Shown: one piece after another, positions 41,709 to 51,647 of the stretch
How the letters are laid out: the number at the start of each line of letters is the position of its first letter
Position numbering within the stretch: position 1 is the stretch's first letter
Origin: Candidatus Hydrothermus pacificus
GTDB taxonomy: Bacteria; Hydrothermota; Hydrothermia; Hydrothermales; Hydrothermaceae
Direction of reading: 5' to 3'
Assembly (NCBI GenBank): GCA_002011615.1
Contig: MTOH01000001.1
Span: 211,327-275,326, forward strand
DNA length: 64,000 bases
Made by a program: the position numbers and the translations under genes
Notes under the pieces: generated by a model
What the model saw: the letters and a program-made list of their open reading frames with translations, nothing else
What the model was told of the DNA's origin: nothing
The model's database searches: none

Positions 41709-44700
41709 AAAAGAAAGCAAAATTAAGCGAGAATGCTTTAAAGGTTCTTGAGAAAAGGTATTTAAAAAGAAATGAGAGGGGGGAGGTTATAGAATCTCCC
41801 GAGGAATTATTTGAAAGGGTTGCAAAGGCAATAGCAGAGGTTGATAAGAATTACCCTGCCTTTAAGGATAAGGTCTCTGAAATTGAAGAAAGATTTTATA
41901 ATGTGATGGTGGAAGGTTATTTTCTTCCCAATTCCCCCACCCTTATGAATGCAGGAACCCCATTAGGTCAGCTCTCAGCCTGTTTTGTTCTTCCTGTTGA
42001 AGATTCAATGGAAGGAATATTTGAAACTTTGAAACATGCGGCAATCATTCATAAAAGCGGAGGTGGAACCGGATACTCCTTTTCAAGATTAAGACCAAAA
42101 GGAGACATTGTCAGGACAACAGGTCAAATAGCATCAGGTCCTGTTTCCTTTATGAAGGTATTCAATGCTGCAACAGAGGCAGTTAAACAGGGTGGCAGAA
42201 GAAGAGGCGCAAACATGGGCGTTCTAAGGGTTGACCATCCCGACATATTTGAATTTATAGTATGCAAGGATGATGTGAGTGAAATAACAAACTTTAATAT
42301 TTCTGTAACTGTAACAGAAAAGTTTATGCAGGCTGTTATCAGTGATGATGAATATGCCCTTATAAATCCACGAACAAAACAGGAAATTAAAAGAATAAAG
42401 GCAAAAGAGGTTTTTGAGAAAATTGCCTATCAGGCCTGGAAAAACGGTGAGCCAGGAATGATTTTTATTGATAGAATTAATGAAACCCATACACTTAAAG
42501 GAGTTGGAGAGATAGAAGCGACAAATCCATGTGTTTCTGGAGATACATGGGTAATAACACCGGGAGGTCCTGTCCAGGTAAGGGAAATAGTGGGTAAGTT
42601 TACAGGTATAGCTTTAAACGGTAGATTTTACAGAACAAATGAAGACGGATTTTTCTTAACGGGCGAAAAGGACGTATTTAAAATAGTAACCAGAAAAGGT
42701 TATGAGCTTAAAGTTACGGATAACCATCTTATAAGGGTTGCCAGGAAGGTCACAAGGTATAGAGTATACCAAATGTGGACACCCGTGCGTAATCTTAAAC
42801 CGGGGGACAGGATAATTCTTTCCAACAACAGAAATTTATACTGGAAGGGTAAAGAAACCTTTGAAGAAGGGTATCTTCTCGGACTCCTCATGAGTGATGG
42901 AACTTTAAAAAAGGAAGCAGGTATAATAGGTGTATGGGGTGAGGATGAGGGTGCGAAAGCGGTCAGGGTTCAGGCTGAAAAGGCTGCCTTCACACTCCCC
43001 CACATAAGCGACTTCAAAGGCTTTATCAGGATATCCCGTGTTACCGGAGAACACAGATTGAAAATGGCATCGCTCCGTAACATGGCACAGGAATATGGTA
43101 TACTTCCGGGGAAAAAGGTTCTTACCGAAAAGGTTGAAAAGACCGGATATGAATTTCACAGAGGTTTTCTGAGAGGGCTTTTTGATGCGGATGGTACAGT
43201 AATGGGGGCCCAGAAAAAAGGAGTATCAATAAGACTGTGGCAGAAGGATATAAACACCCTTAAAATTGTTCAGAGGATGCTTGCAAGGATGGGTATTATT
43301 TCAAAGATATATAAAAGCAGGAAAAAGGAAGGAAGAAAGTTGATGCCCGATGGAAAAGGAGGGTACCGATATTATCATGTACATGAAGGACATGAACTGG
43401 TTATAACCGGGGATAATTTAAGGGTATTTGCGGAAAAAATTGATTTTGGAAACACCCAAAAGGCGAAAAGACTTGAAGATAAACTGAATTTCTATAAAAG
43501 AAATTTAAACAGGGAGAGATTCGTTGATGAAATAGAAAGAATAGAGTACTGCGGTAAAGAAAAGGTCTACGATGTTCAGGTTCCCGGGATAAATGCATTT
43601 GATGCAAACGGATTTTATGTGCACAACTGTGGTGAAAAGCCACTTTTACCCTACGAATCCTGTAATCTGGGCTCAATAAATGTAGCAAAGTTTTTTAAGG
43701 GAACCCCATGGTATCTGGAAGAAAAAAGGGCATCTTCCTGGGAAGAAGTTAAAGACAGGATTGACTGGGAAAAACTGGGTGAAATAACAGATACAGCGGT
43801 TCATTTCCTTGACAATGTTGTTGATGCAAATATATATCCGCTTAAAGAAATTGAGGACATGACAAAGAAAAACAGAAAAATAGGACTTGGAATCATGGGT
43901 TTTGCAGACCTTTTGTACATGCTCGGTATTCCTTATAAATCAGAGGATGCGCTTAAAGCAGCAGAGCAAATAATGAAACTTATACAGGAGAGGTCTCATA
44001 AAAAATCAATGGAACTGGGAGCATTAAAAGGTCCTTTCCCCAATATAGACAAAAGTATATTTAAAGGAACCACAAGGAGAAACGCAGTTGTTACAACAAT
44101 CGCACCAACAGGCACAATATCAATGATTGCGGATACATCAGCAGGTATTGAACCAAATTTCTCCCTGGCTTATGTAAAAAATGTCATGGAGGGAGAAAAA
44201 CTTTTATATATAAACAAATATCTTGAGCAGACAGCAATTGAACTGGGGTTTTATTCTCAGGATTTGATGGAAGAAATATCAAAGGTTCCTTCAATAAAAG
44301 CATTTGAGGAGATACCTTTATTTATAAGGGAAATATTTGACACAACTTTTGATATCCCTACGGAACATCATGTGAAAATACAGGCAGCATTTCAAAAATA
44401 CACCGAAGATGCGGTTTCTAAAACAATAAATATGCCTGAAAGCGCCACTGTAGAGGATGTTAAAAAAGCCTATCTTCTTGCCCATGAACTTGGCTGTAAA
44501 GGTATAACCGTTTACAGACACGGTTCAAGACCCGGACAGGTATACGACACACCTGTTAAAAAGGAAGAGGAAAAAAGAATAGGTATTTTAAGACCCAGAC
44601 CCAGACCCAAGGTTGTGATGGGGAAAACCTATAAAATGCCATCCAGTCTTGGAACCCTTTATGTAACTGTTAATGAAGATGAGGAAGGGCTTCTTGAGGT

Positions 44701-45073
44701 GTTCATTCAGGTAGGCAAAAGTGGTGGCCATGCAAATGCGTTGACAGAGGCGATAGGAAGACTCATTTCCCTTGCACTGAGGTCAGGAGTGTCACCCAAT
44801 GAAGTTGTAAAACAACTCAAAGGCATAAGGTCTGCAAGTCCTGTATGGGAGGATGGAGATGTATATTTCTCAATTCCTGACACCATCGCAAAGGTTCTTG
44901 AGATGCATCTTGGAAAGGGAGAACAACTGAAAATTTTCCCTGAACCAAAAACAAATCCTGTTTCAACAAAAGCAAAACCCGCAGGTGAGATATGTCCTGA
45001 ATGTGGTGGAACACTTGTTATGATGGAAGATTGTGCCACATGTTTTTCATGTGGCTATTCAAAGTGTGATTAA
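41705..45073 (+). CDS. nrdJ: Class II (B12-dependent) ribonucleotide reductase with intein
   Basis: PNSPTL, SACFV, ATNP|[29 protein letters not shown]-like domain and C-terminal Zn ribbon. Confidence 0.95.
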   Translation: MKKKAKLSENALKVLEKRYLKRNERGEVIESPEELFERVAKAIAEVDKNYPAFKDKVSEIEERFYNVMVEGYFLPNSPTLMNAGTPLGQLSACFVLPVEDSMEGIFETLKHAAIIHKSGGGTGYSFSRLRPKGDIVRTTGQIASGPVSFMKVFNAATEAVKQGGRRRGANMGVLRVDHPDIFEFIVCKDDVSEITNFNISVTVTEKFMQAVISDDEYALINPRTKQEIKRIKAKEVFEKIAYQAWKNGEPGMIFIDRINETHTLKGVGEIEATNPCVSGDTWVITPGGPVQVREIVGKFTGIALNGRFYRTNEDGFFLTGEKDVFKIVTRKGYELKVTDNHLIRVARKVTRYRVYQMWTPVRNLKPGDRIILSNNRNLYWKGKETFEEGYLLGLLMSDGTLKKEAGIIGVWGEDEGAKAVRVQAEKAAFTLPHISDFKGFIRISRVTGEHRLKMASLRNMAQEYGILPGKKVLTEKVEKTGYEFHRGFLRGLFDADGTVMGAQKKGVSIRLWQKDINTLKIVQRMLARMGIISKIYKSRKKEGRKLMPDGKGGYRYYHVHEGHELVITGDNLRVFAEKIDFGNTQKAKRLEDKLNFYKRNLNRERFVDEIERIEYCGKEKVYDVQVPGINAFDANGFYVHNCGEKPLLPYESCNLGSINVAKFFKGTPWYLEEKRASSWEEVKDRIDWEKLGEITDTAVHFLDNVVDANIYPLKEIEDMTKKNRKIGLGIMGFADLLYMLGIPYKSEDALKAAEQIMKLIQERSHKKSMELGALKGPFPNIDKSIFKGTTRRNAVVTTIAPTGTISMIADTSAGIEPNFSLAYVKNVMEGEKLLYINKYLEQTAIELGFYSQDLMEEISKVPSIKAFEEIPLFIREIFDTTFDIPTEHHVKIQAAFQKYTEDAVSKTINMPESATVEDVKKAYLLAHELGCKGITVYRHGSRPGQVYDTPVKKEEEKRIGILRPRPRPKVVMGKTYKMPSSLGTLYVTVNEDEEGLLEVFIQVGKSGGHANALTEAIGRLISLALRSGVSPNEVVKQLKGIRSASPVWEDGDVYFSIPDTIAKVLEMHLGKGEQLKIFPEPKTNPVSTKAKPAGEICPECGGTLVMMEDCATCFSCGYSKCD
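42530..43627 (+). mobile_element. Intein (366 aa) with LAGLIDADG homing endonuclease
   Basis: Starts CVSGDT and ends VHN before Cys+1 of CGEKPL; [10 protein letters not shown] and [10 protein letters not shown] blocks. Confidence 0.95.
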
Positions 45074-45079
45074 GGGTAC

Positions 45080-46264
45080 ATGAAAGTGTTCTTTACAGCA
45101 AAAGATGATGATATAAAAAAGGGGTTGACAACAGATATTTATTTTAAGAGAACAGAAGAAATACTTTTAAAAAAGAATGTAAGTAAAAATGTATGGGCTG
45201 AATTTACAGCATCAGATATTCCTTATGAGTTTGCTGTCTTTGCAGGTCTTGAAGAAGCTGTAAAGCTTCTTGAGGGAAAAGAAATTGACCTGTGGTCAAT
45301 CAAGGAAGGAACAATATTTAAAGGAACTGATCTAAATGGCATTCCTATCCCTGTTATGGCAATTGAAGGGAACTATGTGAATTTTACCATCTATGAAACA
45401 CCCATACTGGGTTTTATATGCCAGGCTTCAGGAATTGCAACAAAAGCTGCGAGATTGAGGATTGCCTGTAAGGACGCAATAATTTTATCTTTTGGAATAA
45501 GGAGAATGCATCCAGCCCTTGCTCCTTTTATAGATTATTTTGCATATATGGGTGGATGTGATGGTGTTTCGAGTATAAAAGGTGCGGAAATAATAAAAAA
45601 AGAGCCAAAGGGAACAATGCCCCATTCTTTAATAGTTCTTTTAGGAGAGGAAAATGCATGGAAAAGCTTTGATGAAATTATCTCTCAGGATGTTCCGAGA
45701 ATAGCACTTATAGATACCTATGAAGATGAAAAGGTAACAGCGATAAAGGCTGCTGAAATTTTGAAAAATTTGGACGGGGTAAGACTTGACACTCCTTCTT
45801 CAAGAAGAGGAAATTTTGCAAAAATAGTAAGGGAGGTAAGATGGGAGCTTGATATAAGAGGTTACAGGAATGTTAAAATATTTGTATCAGGAGGACTGGA
45901 TGAGGAGATAATACCGGAGCTTTATTCAGCCGGCGCAAGGGGATTTGGAGTTGGAACAAGCCTTTCAAATGCAAAGACAATAGATTACGCAATGGATATA
46001 GTTGAAGTTGAAGGAAAACCCTGTGCCAAAAAGGGTAAGTTCGGCGGAAAGAAAAAAGTTTTGAGATGCAAAAACTGTCTGGAACTGGTTGTTTTAAAGA
46101 AAGAAGATAAAATTTCAAACTGCCCTGTATGTGGCGGTGAGACAGAGAACTTTTATTTTAAAATCCTTGAGAAGGGTAAACTGATTTATAAATTTCCTGA
46201 TATTGATGAAAAAAGAAAATATGTTCTTGAGCAACTGGAGAGGTTAAGAGAGTCTGGTAATTGA
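45080..46264 (+). CDS. pncB: Nicotinate phosphoribosyltransferase
   Basis: TDIYF, SFGIRR, GTMPHS, LIDT, VRLDTPSSRRG, SGG. Confidence 0.92.
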   Translation: MKVFFTAKDDDIKKGLTTDIYFKRTEEILLKKNVSKNVWAEFTASDIPYEFAVFAGLEEAVKLLEGKEIDLWSIKEGTIFKGTDLNGIPIPVMAIEGNYVNFTIYETPILGFICQASGIATKAARLRIACKDAIILSFGIRRMHPALAPFIDYFAYMGGCDGVSSIKGAEIIKKEPKGTMPHSLIVLLGEENAWKSFDEIISQDVPRIALIDTYEDEKVTAIKAAEILKNLDGVRLDTPSSRRGNFAKIVREVRWELDIRGYRNVKIFVSGGLDEEIIPELYSAGARGFGVGTSLSNAKTIDYAMDIVEVEGKPCAKKGKFGGKKKVLRCKNCLELVVLKKEDKISNCPVCGGETENFYFKILEKGKLIYKFPDIDEKRKYVLEQLERLRESGN

Positions 46265-46290
46265 TTTTTTCATCTCTTAAATAATATAAT
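46261..46290 (+). promoter_or_regulatory. Original host tRNA promoter, now facing into the element
   Basis: TTGATT(46261)-N18-TATAAT(46285), 15 nt before the tRNA 5' fragment. Confidence 0.65.
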
Positions 46291-46301
46291 TTTATTCATA
46301 A

Positions 46302-46336
46302 TTTCGGGGGTGTAGCTCAGTGGGAGAGCACTGCCT
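46302..46336 (+). repeat. attL: tRNA-Ala 5' fragment (tRNA nt 1 at 46306)
   Basis: tttcGGGGGTGTAGCTCAGTGGGAGAGCACTGCCT, identical to 60107-60141. Confidence 0.95.
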
Positions 46337-46385
46337 GTTTGGTTTAATGAACATATAAAATTCTCTTTAGATATATAAAAATTCT

Positions 46386-46643
46386 TTATAAACCCAAAAT
46401 AATTGGTGATGGTAGGGGGTGGTGGGGTGGGAAAAGATTTTTTGTTATGGCGTAATGAAAAATTACTTGTTTTTCTCTGTCTTTTAATCTTCTAAAACAC
46501 GAAAAACATACTATCCGAATATTGTATCGGAACGGTAAAGGATTTGAAAATTTCTTTTTACACTCAGTACACTCAAATTTTTCTTCTGTTTTATATTGCA
46601 ACATTTTAGCCATTAAAAATACATTTAAAATAAATCTCTTCAT
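46386..46643 (-). CDS. Small Zn-finger-like protein
   Basis: CTEC...CFSC. Confidence 0.45.
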   Translation of the reverse strand: MKRFILNVFLMAKMLQYKTEEKFECTECKKKFSNPLPFRYNIRIVCFSCFRRLKDREKQVIFHYAITKNLFPPHHPLPSPIILGL

Positions 46644-46840
46644 TTTTCCAGAATATCTTCCAGAATTTTAATTAAATATTTTCTTCCTTCTTCTGTTTGC
46701 AGATCCTGGAAGAATCTTCTTCTCTGATTTCTGGTTAATCCCTTTTGAGTCAGTTTTGCATCTACTTTTCTTAAAAGCTCTATAAAGTTTTTTAATTTTT
46801 TTCTCATTCTATATTTTTTTATTATTTTCAGAATTGCCAT
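46640..46840 (-). CDS. Small basic hypothetical protein
   Basis: ORF overlapping both neighbours in the leftward run. Confidence 0.45.
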   Translation of the reverse strand: MAILKIIKKYRMRKKLKNFIELLRKVDAKLTQKGLTRNQRRRFFQDLQTEEGRKYLIKILEDILEK

Positions 46841-47322
46841 CTCACACCTATCCCCGGGATAAAATTTTTATCTTTAAAATTATATTGGACAAAAAAACTC
46901 AAAAATTTATATGAAAGTCCTATATGAATATTGGAGAAAGTAATTCCTGCAAAAACCTCTCCATATTTTTCTTTTTTAGGACCTTTAAAAATGGATTTAA
47001 AAATAACTTTTTCTTTTTGAAATATTTTATATTCAAAATTTCTAAAAGTATCCGCTTCAAACTGAATTTCAAGAAGTGAATCCCGATACTTAAAAAGTTT
47101 CCATAAAATAGGTTTATATATTGTTTCCTGTTTTGCGGACGGTATTTTAATAATTTGAAATTCATAATAGGGTATGGTATCCTTAATCGGTTTAATTTTT
47201 TCAACCATAACCGGGATTTCAATTTCAAATTTCGGTTTAATTAAAAAAGAATAAATCAAAAGCCCTGTTAAAAGACCGAGTATAAATCCGTATAGAAATC
47301 TAAAAAAGCGAGATTTGTTCAA
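46828..47322 (-). CDS. Membrane-anchored protein with C-terminal beta-strand/aromatic end
   Basis: N-terminal TM (FLYGFILGLLTGLLIYSFLI); ends GIGVRWQF. Confidence 0.55.
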   Translation of the reverse strand: MNKSRFFRFLYGFILGLLTGLLIYSFLIKPKFEIEIPVMVEKIKPIKDTIPYYEFQIIKIPSAKQETIYKPILWKLFKYRDSLLEIQFEADTFRNFEYKIFQKEKVIFKSIFKGPKKEKYGEVFAGITFSNIHIGLSYKFLSFFVQYNFKDKNFIPGIGVRWQF

Positions 47323-47845
47323 TTGATTCCCTCAAGTCTTCAAGTTCAATATTTAGATATATTTTAAGAAATGAATATCCTGAGTGTCCCAAAGCTCTTC
47401 TTACATTCTCAAGATTTTCTCCTTTTTTCAGGAGCATTGTCGCAAAATAATGTCTGAATACATGTGGGTTAAGTCCGTATTTCTGATAGAATAAAAAGAC
47501 TGCCTGTCTTGTGATATTCCATATTTTCCCTTTTTTCTCTTCTTCTGGAAACTTCAAAAGAGCTTCATAAACTTTTGAATGTAGTGGTATCTCCCTGGTT
47601 ATTTTCTCTCTTTTTTTAAGCTGCACTACCCAGGCGGTTCTTTCTTCAAAGTTGACATCTTCCCACTTTAAGGAGAGTGCTTCTGAAATTCTGAGACCCT
47701 GTAATATTAAAAATCTTGTTAATGACCAGTATTTCCATCTTTTTAAATCTTCAGGGTTCTCGCTGTACCATTCCTCAATTTTTTTAATTGTTTGCCTAAC
47801 CCTTTTTAATTTTTGCAGTATTTCAGGTTTTAGATGGTATTCCAT
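47300..47845 (-). CDS. Small tyrosine recombinase (catalytic domain only)
   Basis: GLRISEAL, HVFRHYFAT, LGH, IY: complete R-H-R-H-Y set in 181 aa. Confidence 0.88.
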   Translation of the reverse strand: MEYHLKPEILQKLKRVRQTIKKIEEWYSENPEDLKRWKYWSLTRFLILQGLRISEALSLKWEDVNFEERTAWVVQLKKREKITREIPLHSKVYEALLKFPEEEKKGKIWNITRQAVFLFYQKYGLNPHVFRHYFATMLLKKGENLENVRRALGHSGYSFLKIYLNIELEDLRESIEQISLF

Positions 47846-47858
47846 GAGATTTCAGGCA

Positions 47859-47890
47859 GGGGGGGATAGGAAATTTCCCCCCCTTTTTTT
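47859..47890 (+). terminator. Intrinsic terminator on the plus strand
   Basis: GGGGGGGA-taggaaatt-TCCCCCCC-TTTTTTT. Confidence 0.75.
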
Positions 47891-48030
47891 AAATTCGTCA
47901 GAATCGTTCTCCTGGAAAGATGTCCGTATTTGCGGACACAGGAATTTCAGGGAGATTAGGAGTATTTCAAAATTCATTGGAATTCAATCATTTGTGTATC
48001 CATTTAACAAAATGTAATATTTTGTTAAGT

Positions 48031-48195
48031 TCATTTTTTGCGTTTTTTCCTTTCAAAGATCTGTTTTATGACCTTTTCTGAGAGTATCATCGGAACCGGT
48101 TTGTCTTCCTTTTTAGCTTCCTTCTCCAGTTCATCATAGTATTTTTTGGGGATTACCACCCTTACAACCCTCATTTCTTCTTTTTTTTCAGCCAT
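48031..48195 (-). CDS. Ribbon-helix-helix (CopG/Arc-like) DNA-binding protein, 54 aa, below the ORF-track cutoff
   Basis: SD AAGGAGGTG; MAEKKEEMRVVRVVIPKKYYDELEKEAKKEDKPVPMILSEKVIKQIFERKKRKK fits a strand-helix-helix pattern. Confidence 0.7.
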   Translation of the reverse strand: MAEKKEEMRVVRVVIPKKYYDELEKEAKKEDKPVPMILSEKVIKQIFERKKRKK

Positions 48196-48198
48196 GAT

Positions 48199-48390
48199 TC
48201 ACCTCCTTTTAAAGTTTTTTTGGGTTAAATCAATTCCAAAAGTCATCCTGATCATTCTTCTTACAAGGAAGGATTGTGTTTTATTTGGTAAAAGATACTC
48301 CAGGATTTCATTAATTATTTCTTTATCACCTTGATAAATTAATTTTTTTATCTCCCGTAGGGTCAAATTTTCAAGTTTCTCCCTGTTCAT
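48199..48390 (-). CDS. Hypothetical protein
   Basis: 63 aa, sits between the 275-aa ORF and the RHH gene. Confidence 0.5.
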   Translation of the reverse strand: MNREKLENLTLREIKKLIYQGDKEIINEILEYLLPNKTQSFLVRRMIRMTFGIDLTQKNFKRR

Positions 48391-49198
48391 TTTTTTCCAT
48401 CTCCTCTTTTAATTGTTGAGCGGTTAAATAACCGTCAACCAATCTTAAAATTTTTGCGAATTTTCTTCCTGTTTTTCCGAAGGTATCTTCTAAGAGTTCT
48501 TCAATTAGATCATAATTACCTTCTTTTATGGCATTAGCAATCGCTTCTTGGTCAATTTCCTGTTCTTCCTTCTCTTCTTCTTCAGGGATATATGCATTTT
48601 CCATTATATTCCTCATTATCTCAATCTGGTTCTTAGCCATTTCATTAAATATTTGCATTTGGGATTGGAGAAAATTCTTAGAAATCTCGGTTATGAAGGA
48701 AAGATCCATGGAATTTTGGTTCTGTTTAAGTGCTGAAACCAATTCTCTTGCTGCTTCAGGAGTTAAAATTATTGCTCCCTGCAATGGATTTATTTGTGAA
48801 TTTTCCTTTTTTTCTGTTTCAAGGGCATAATTTGATGGAATTTGCCTTGCAATGCCATTTTTAATTTCAAAATAAATGGTATTCGGAAATACAGGAGACC
48901 CTCCGGGATTTCTCAAATCAATCCTGTATATTCCGTCTCCATATTCCTGGAAGATAACATCTGCATTCAGAGGAGATTTAAATGGTTTTTCACTAATGAT
49001 TTGAAATTGATCCTCTATTTTTTTATAAATGTAGATATGGATTTTTTTATCTACCATTATAGTTTGAGAGAGAAAATCAGCCAGAATTTCTTTATTTTTA
49101 GATTTTTTAGTCCTTTTTCTGGACTTTTTGGTTGTTTTTTCTCCATTTTCGGTTATTTTTTCCTCATTTTTATCCAGAATTTCCTCATTTTCACCCAT
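48371..49198 (-). CDS. Hypothetical protein (charged N-terminus, beta-rich middle, helical Q/M-rich C-terminus)
   Basis: SD AGGAGG; first gene of the leftward operon; no family motif recognised. Confidence 0.6.
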   Translation of the reverse strand: MGENEEILDKNEEKITENGEKTTKKSRKRTKKSKNKEILADFLSQTIMVDKKIHIYIYKKIEDQFQIISEKPFKSPLNADVIFQEYGDGIYRIDLRNPGGSPVFPNTIYFEIKNGIARQIPSNYALETEKKENSQINPLQGAIILTPEAARELVSALKQNQNSMDLSFITEISKNFLQSQMQIFNEMAKNQIEIMRNIMENAYIPEEEEKEEQEIDQEAIANAIKEGNYDLIEELLEDTFGKTGRKFAKILRLVDGYLTAQQLKEEMEKNEQGET

Positions 49199-49206
49199 TT
49201 TTTACC

Positions 49207-49327
49207 TCCTTTTACGCTGTTTAATCGCCAACTTAACGCTATTTAATCGCTCTTTGATCGCTATTGAATCGCTATTTAATCGCAGACTTAACGCTACCAT
49301 AACGCAAATTAAACGCTATTTAATCGC
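49207..49327. repeat. Tandem array of eleven 11-bp units, consensus TATTTAATCGC
   Basis: Invariant CGC at 49215, 49226, 49237, 49248, 49259, 49270, 49281, 49292, 49303, 49314, 49325. Confidence 0.92.
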
Positions 49328-49493
49328 ATTTTCAAAAGTTTTTTTAACATTATTACGAAAAATTTAACATTATTTCCATATAATTTTATATAAATTGAGT
49401 TTTAAAAATAATTGATTCCGAAAGATATTTAAAAAACAGTTTATATGAGCTTATATAGATTTTTCATGAAAAATTTTTTATAATTCAACCGTT

Positions 49494-50282
49494 ATGAAAA
49501 AAATAATGTTAAAATCTCTCGGGACGCTTCCTTCGGGAGATGCAGGGACAGAGATAACTGTCCGGCATCTCATAAAACTTATAAAAGAAGGTTCTCATGA
49601 CCCTTTAATTATCTGGACAGCCAGGAAAATAGTTCAAACTTCTCATGCAAAAACCCCTTTTGAAAGAGCTAAGGCAATTTTTGAATGGGTAAAAAAGAAT
49701 ATTTCTTATACCAAGGATCCTAAAGGACTGGAACTTATAAGGTCTGTGAGGAAAATTCTGGAAGATAAAATAGGTGATTGTGACGAGCATGTGGTTTTAA
49801 CCGCTTCCCTGTTCAGAGCAATAGGTTTACCGGTTGCACTTGTTACGATCTCCACACCTCAGAATCCGGAGAATTTTTCACATATCTATTCGATTGTTAA
49901 AGCCGGAAGAATATGGTATCCTGCTGATACAATAATACCTGGTGCAAATTTTGGATTCCAGTATCCTTATGCAGTCAGAAAAAAGATATGGGCAATTGAT
50001 TATCAAAAACCATCCCTTGAGAATCTGGAAGGGCTTGAAGGATTTTTTGACTGGATGAAATCAATCAAAGAAAAAGTTGGTTCTGTATTGACCCGTGCAT
50101 GGCGTAAAGGTAGAAAAGCATTCAAAGAAGAAATTTACAGGACTGGTGAGGAATTCATTCAGAAACAAAAACAAAAAGCTGCGCAGGAAATACAGAAAGC
50201 CCAGACAGAAAATATTCTAATGTGGTCTTTGGTTATAATTACAATCCTAATTTTAGCATGGTTTTTTACAAGAGTGAGGTGA
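49494..50282 (+). CDS. Transglutaminase-like Cys protease with C-terminal membrane anchor
   Basis: IFEWVK.NI.Y..DP, GDCDE (Cys), SHIY (His), WYPAD (Asp); C-terminal TM. Confidence 0.8.
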   Translation: MKKIMLKSLGTLPSGDAGTEITVRHLIKLIKEGSHDPLIIWTARKIVQTSHAKTPFERAKAIFEWVKKNISYTKDPKGLELIRSVRKILEDKIGDCDEHVVLTASLFRAIGLPVALVTISTPQNPENFSHIYSIVKAGRIWYPADTIIPGANFGFQYPYAVRKKIWAIDYQKPSLENLEGLEGFFDWMKSIKEKVGSVLTRAWRKGRKAFKEEIYRTGEEFIQKQKQKAAQEIQKAQTENILMWSLVIITILILAWFFTRVR

Positions 50283-50285
50283 AAA

Positions 50286-50723
50286 ATGAATACCCTTGTT
50301 TTAAGAGATGACCTGGGAAAACTTGAATGGAAACTAAGATTACCCAAAATAAAGATTAAATGGGGTAAGCCTAAGATAAGAATCTCGAAGAAAGATTTAA
50401 AAAAGGCTCTTAAAGTTGCCGCTATTGTAGGGGGTGCAGCAGTTACAGTTGCTACTGGTGGTATGCTTGCTCCTGCCGTAACAGGTGGACTAATTGCAGC
50501 CGGGAAAAAACTTCTCAAACAAAAAGCAGGTGAGGAAATAAAAAGAACCCTAAGGAGAGCATTACAAAGTAAAAAGCCGAAAAGCTTTCCTAAAGAAAGT
50601 ATAATTCCTGGAGGTACTCAGGCGATTCAACCCCAAGAGCAGAAAAATATTCTTCCCTGGATAGCTGCGGGGATAGTTCTTTTAATTTTAGCTTTTATTT
50701 TAATTACAAGGGGCAAAAAATGA
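50286..50723 (+). CDS. Putative virion membrane protein
   Basis: Basic N-terminus, Gly/Ala-rich hydrophobic segment, C-terminal TM. Confidence 0.55.
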   Translation: MNTLVLRDDLGKLEWKLRLPKIKIKWGKPKIRISKKDLKKALKVAAIVGGAAVTVATGGMLAPAVTGGLIAAGKKLLKQKAGEEIKRTLRRALQSKKPKSFPKESIIPGGTQAIQPQEQKNILPWIAAGIVLLILAFILITRGKK

Positions 50724-51307
50724 AAGGGCTTGAACTTGTTCAAATGGAAGGACTTGAGGCAGGATTTTTTAACTGGATAAAGAATATTTTTAAAAAAAGT
50801 CCATTATATAAAGCTGGTGAATGGACATATTCCAAGGCATTTTCTGCAATAAAAAAAGCCAAACAGGACCTTTTAGAGATAAAACAAAAAATTGATACTA
50901 TATTCCAGAAATTCCCTTATCTTAAAATTAAATATCCTGAATATGAAGAATTAACTCAGGAATCCCAAAAATATCTTTCTGCTAAAGTAAAAATGGAAGG
51001 ATTTGAAGAAGGACTTGAGGGAGCTGTCACAATGCTTATAGTTGGAGGAGCAATAGTAGGAGTAATCGGAATAGCTACATATTTAAAGAGAATGCAGAAT
51101 TTAAAACAAAAATATTTAAATCTTTACGAACAAATAATGAATGACCCTTCTCTTTCTCCCTCTCAGAAAGAAAGTATGATAAAAGCCATTCAGCAAAAGT
51201 CTTCAGGAAAAGCCTCGGGACTTGAAGGAATAGCATGGGTAATAGGTCTTGTAATTGCTTTCATAATAGTTCTTATTGGAGTAAGCCTTTTTGGGAGGAC
51301 AAGATGA
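50720..51307 (+). CDS. Putative virion membrane protein (2 TM)
   Basis: Two TM segments, each preceded by LEG. Confidence 0.55.
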   Translation: MKGLELVQMEGLEAGFFNWIKNIFKKSPLYKAGEWTYSKAFSAIKKAKQDLLEIKQKIDTIFQKFPYLKIKYPEYEELTQESQKYLSAKVKMEGFEEGLEGAVTMLIVGGAIVGVIGIATYLKRMQNLKQKYLNLYEQIMNDPSLSPSQKESMIKAIQQKSSGKASGLEGIAWVIGLVIAFIIVLIGVSLFGRTR

Positions 51308-51636
51308 AATTTGCAGTTTTAGAAAGAAAATTAAATATGGAAATTCCAGAGATAGCAAAAAGAGATTTAAAAAAAGCAATAGAATTCTACAGGAAATTTC
51401 ATTGGGGAGAAGAGTTCAAGAATATTACCAAAGTAAATATTGAAATTCCCAAAGTAATGACAAACCTGGGACATCTTATAGCTCTTGTTTATCTTTCTCC
51501 AAAGGCAGGGAAAAAAGATTATTTTATTCATGTATTTAAACCTCCTTTTCCCATTCTGGCAGGTTCAAAGGACCCTGACAGATTATGGATTTTAGGAGGG
51601 TTTTTTAAAATTGAAGAAGAAGGAATAATTAAATAG
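51304..51636 (+). CDS. Hypothetical element protein
   Basis: ATGA-coupled start at 51304; FHWG...LG.L..LVY...YFIHVF...LGG. Confidence 0.55.
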   Translation: MKFAVLERKLNMEIPEIAKRDLKKAIEFYRKFHWGEEFKNITKVNIEIPKVMTNLGHLIALVYLSPKAGKKDYFIHVFKPPFPILAGSKDPDRLWILGGFFKIEEEGIIK

Positions 51637-51647
51637 GAGGTGAAATT

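Noticed and set aside
46406-46431. G-rich tract near attL as a possible G-quadruplex
   Set aside because: Explained by a Pro/His-rich tail coded on the minus strand; mostly short G runs
49207-49327. Array as a CRISPR locus
   Set aside because: Units are 11 bp with no unique spacers, and there are no cas genes in the window
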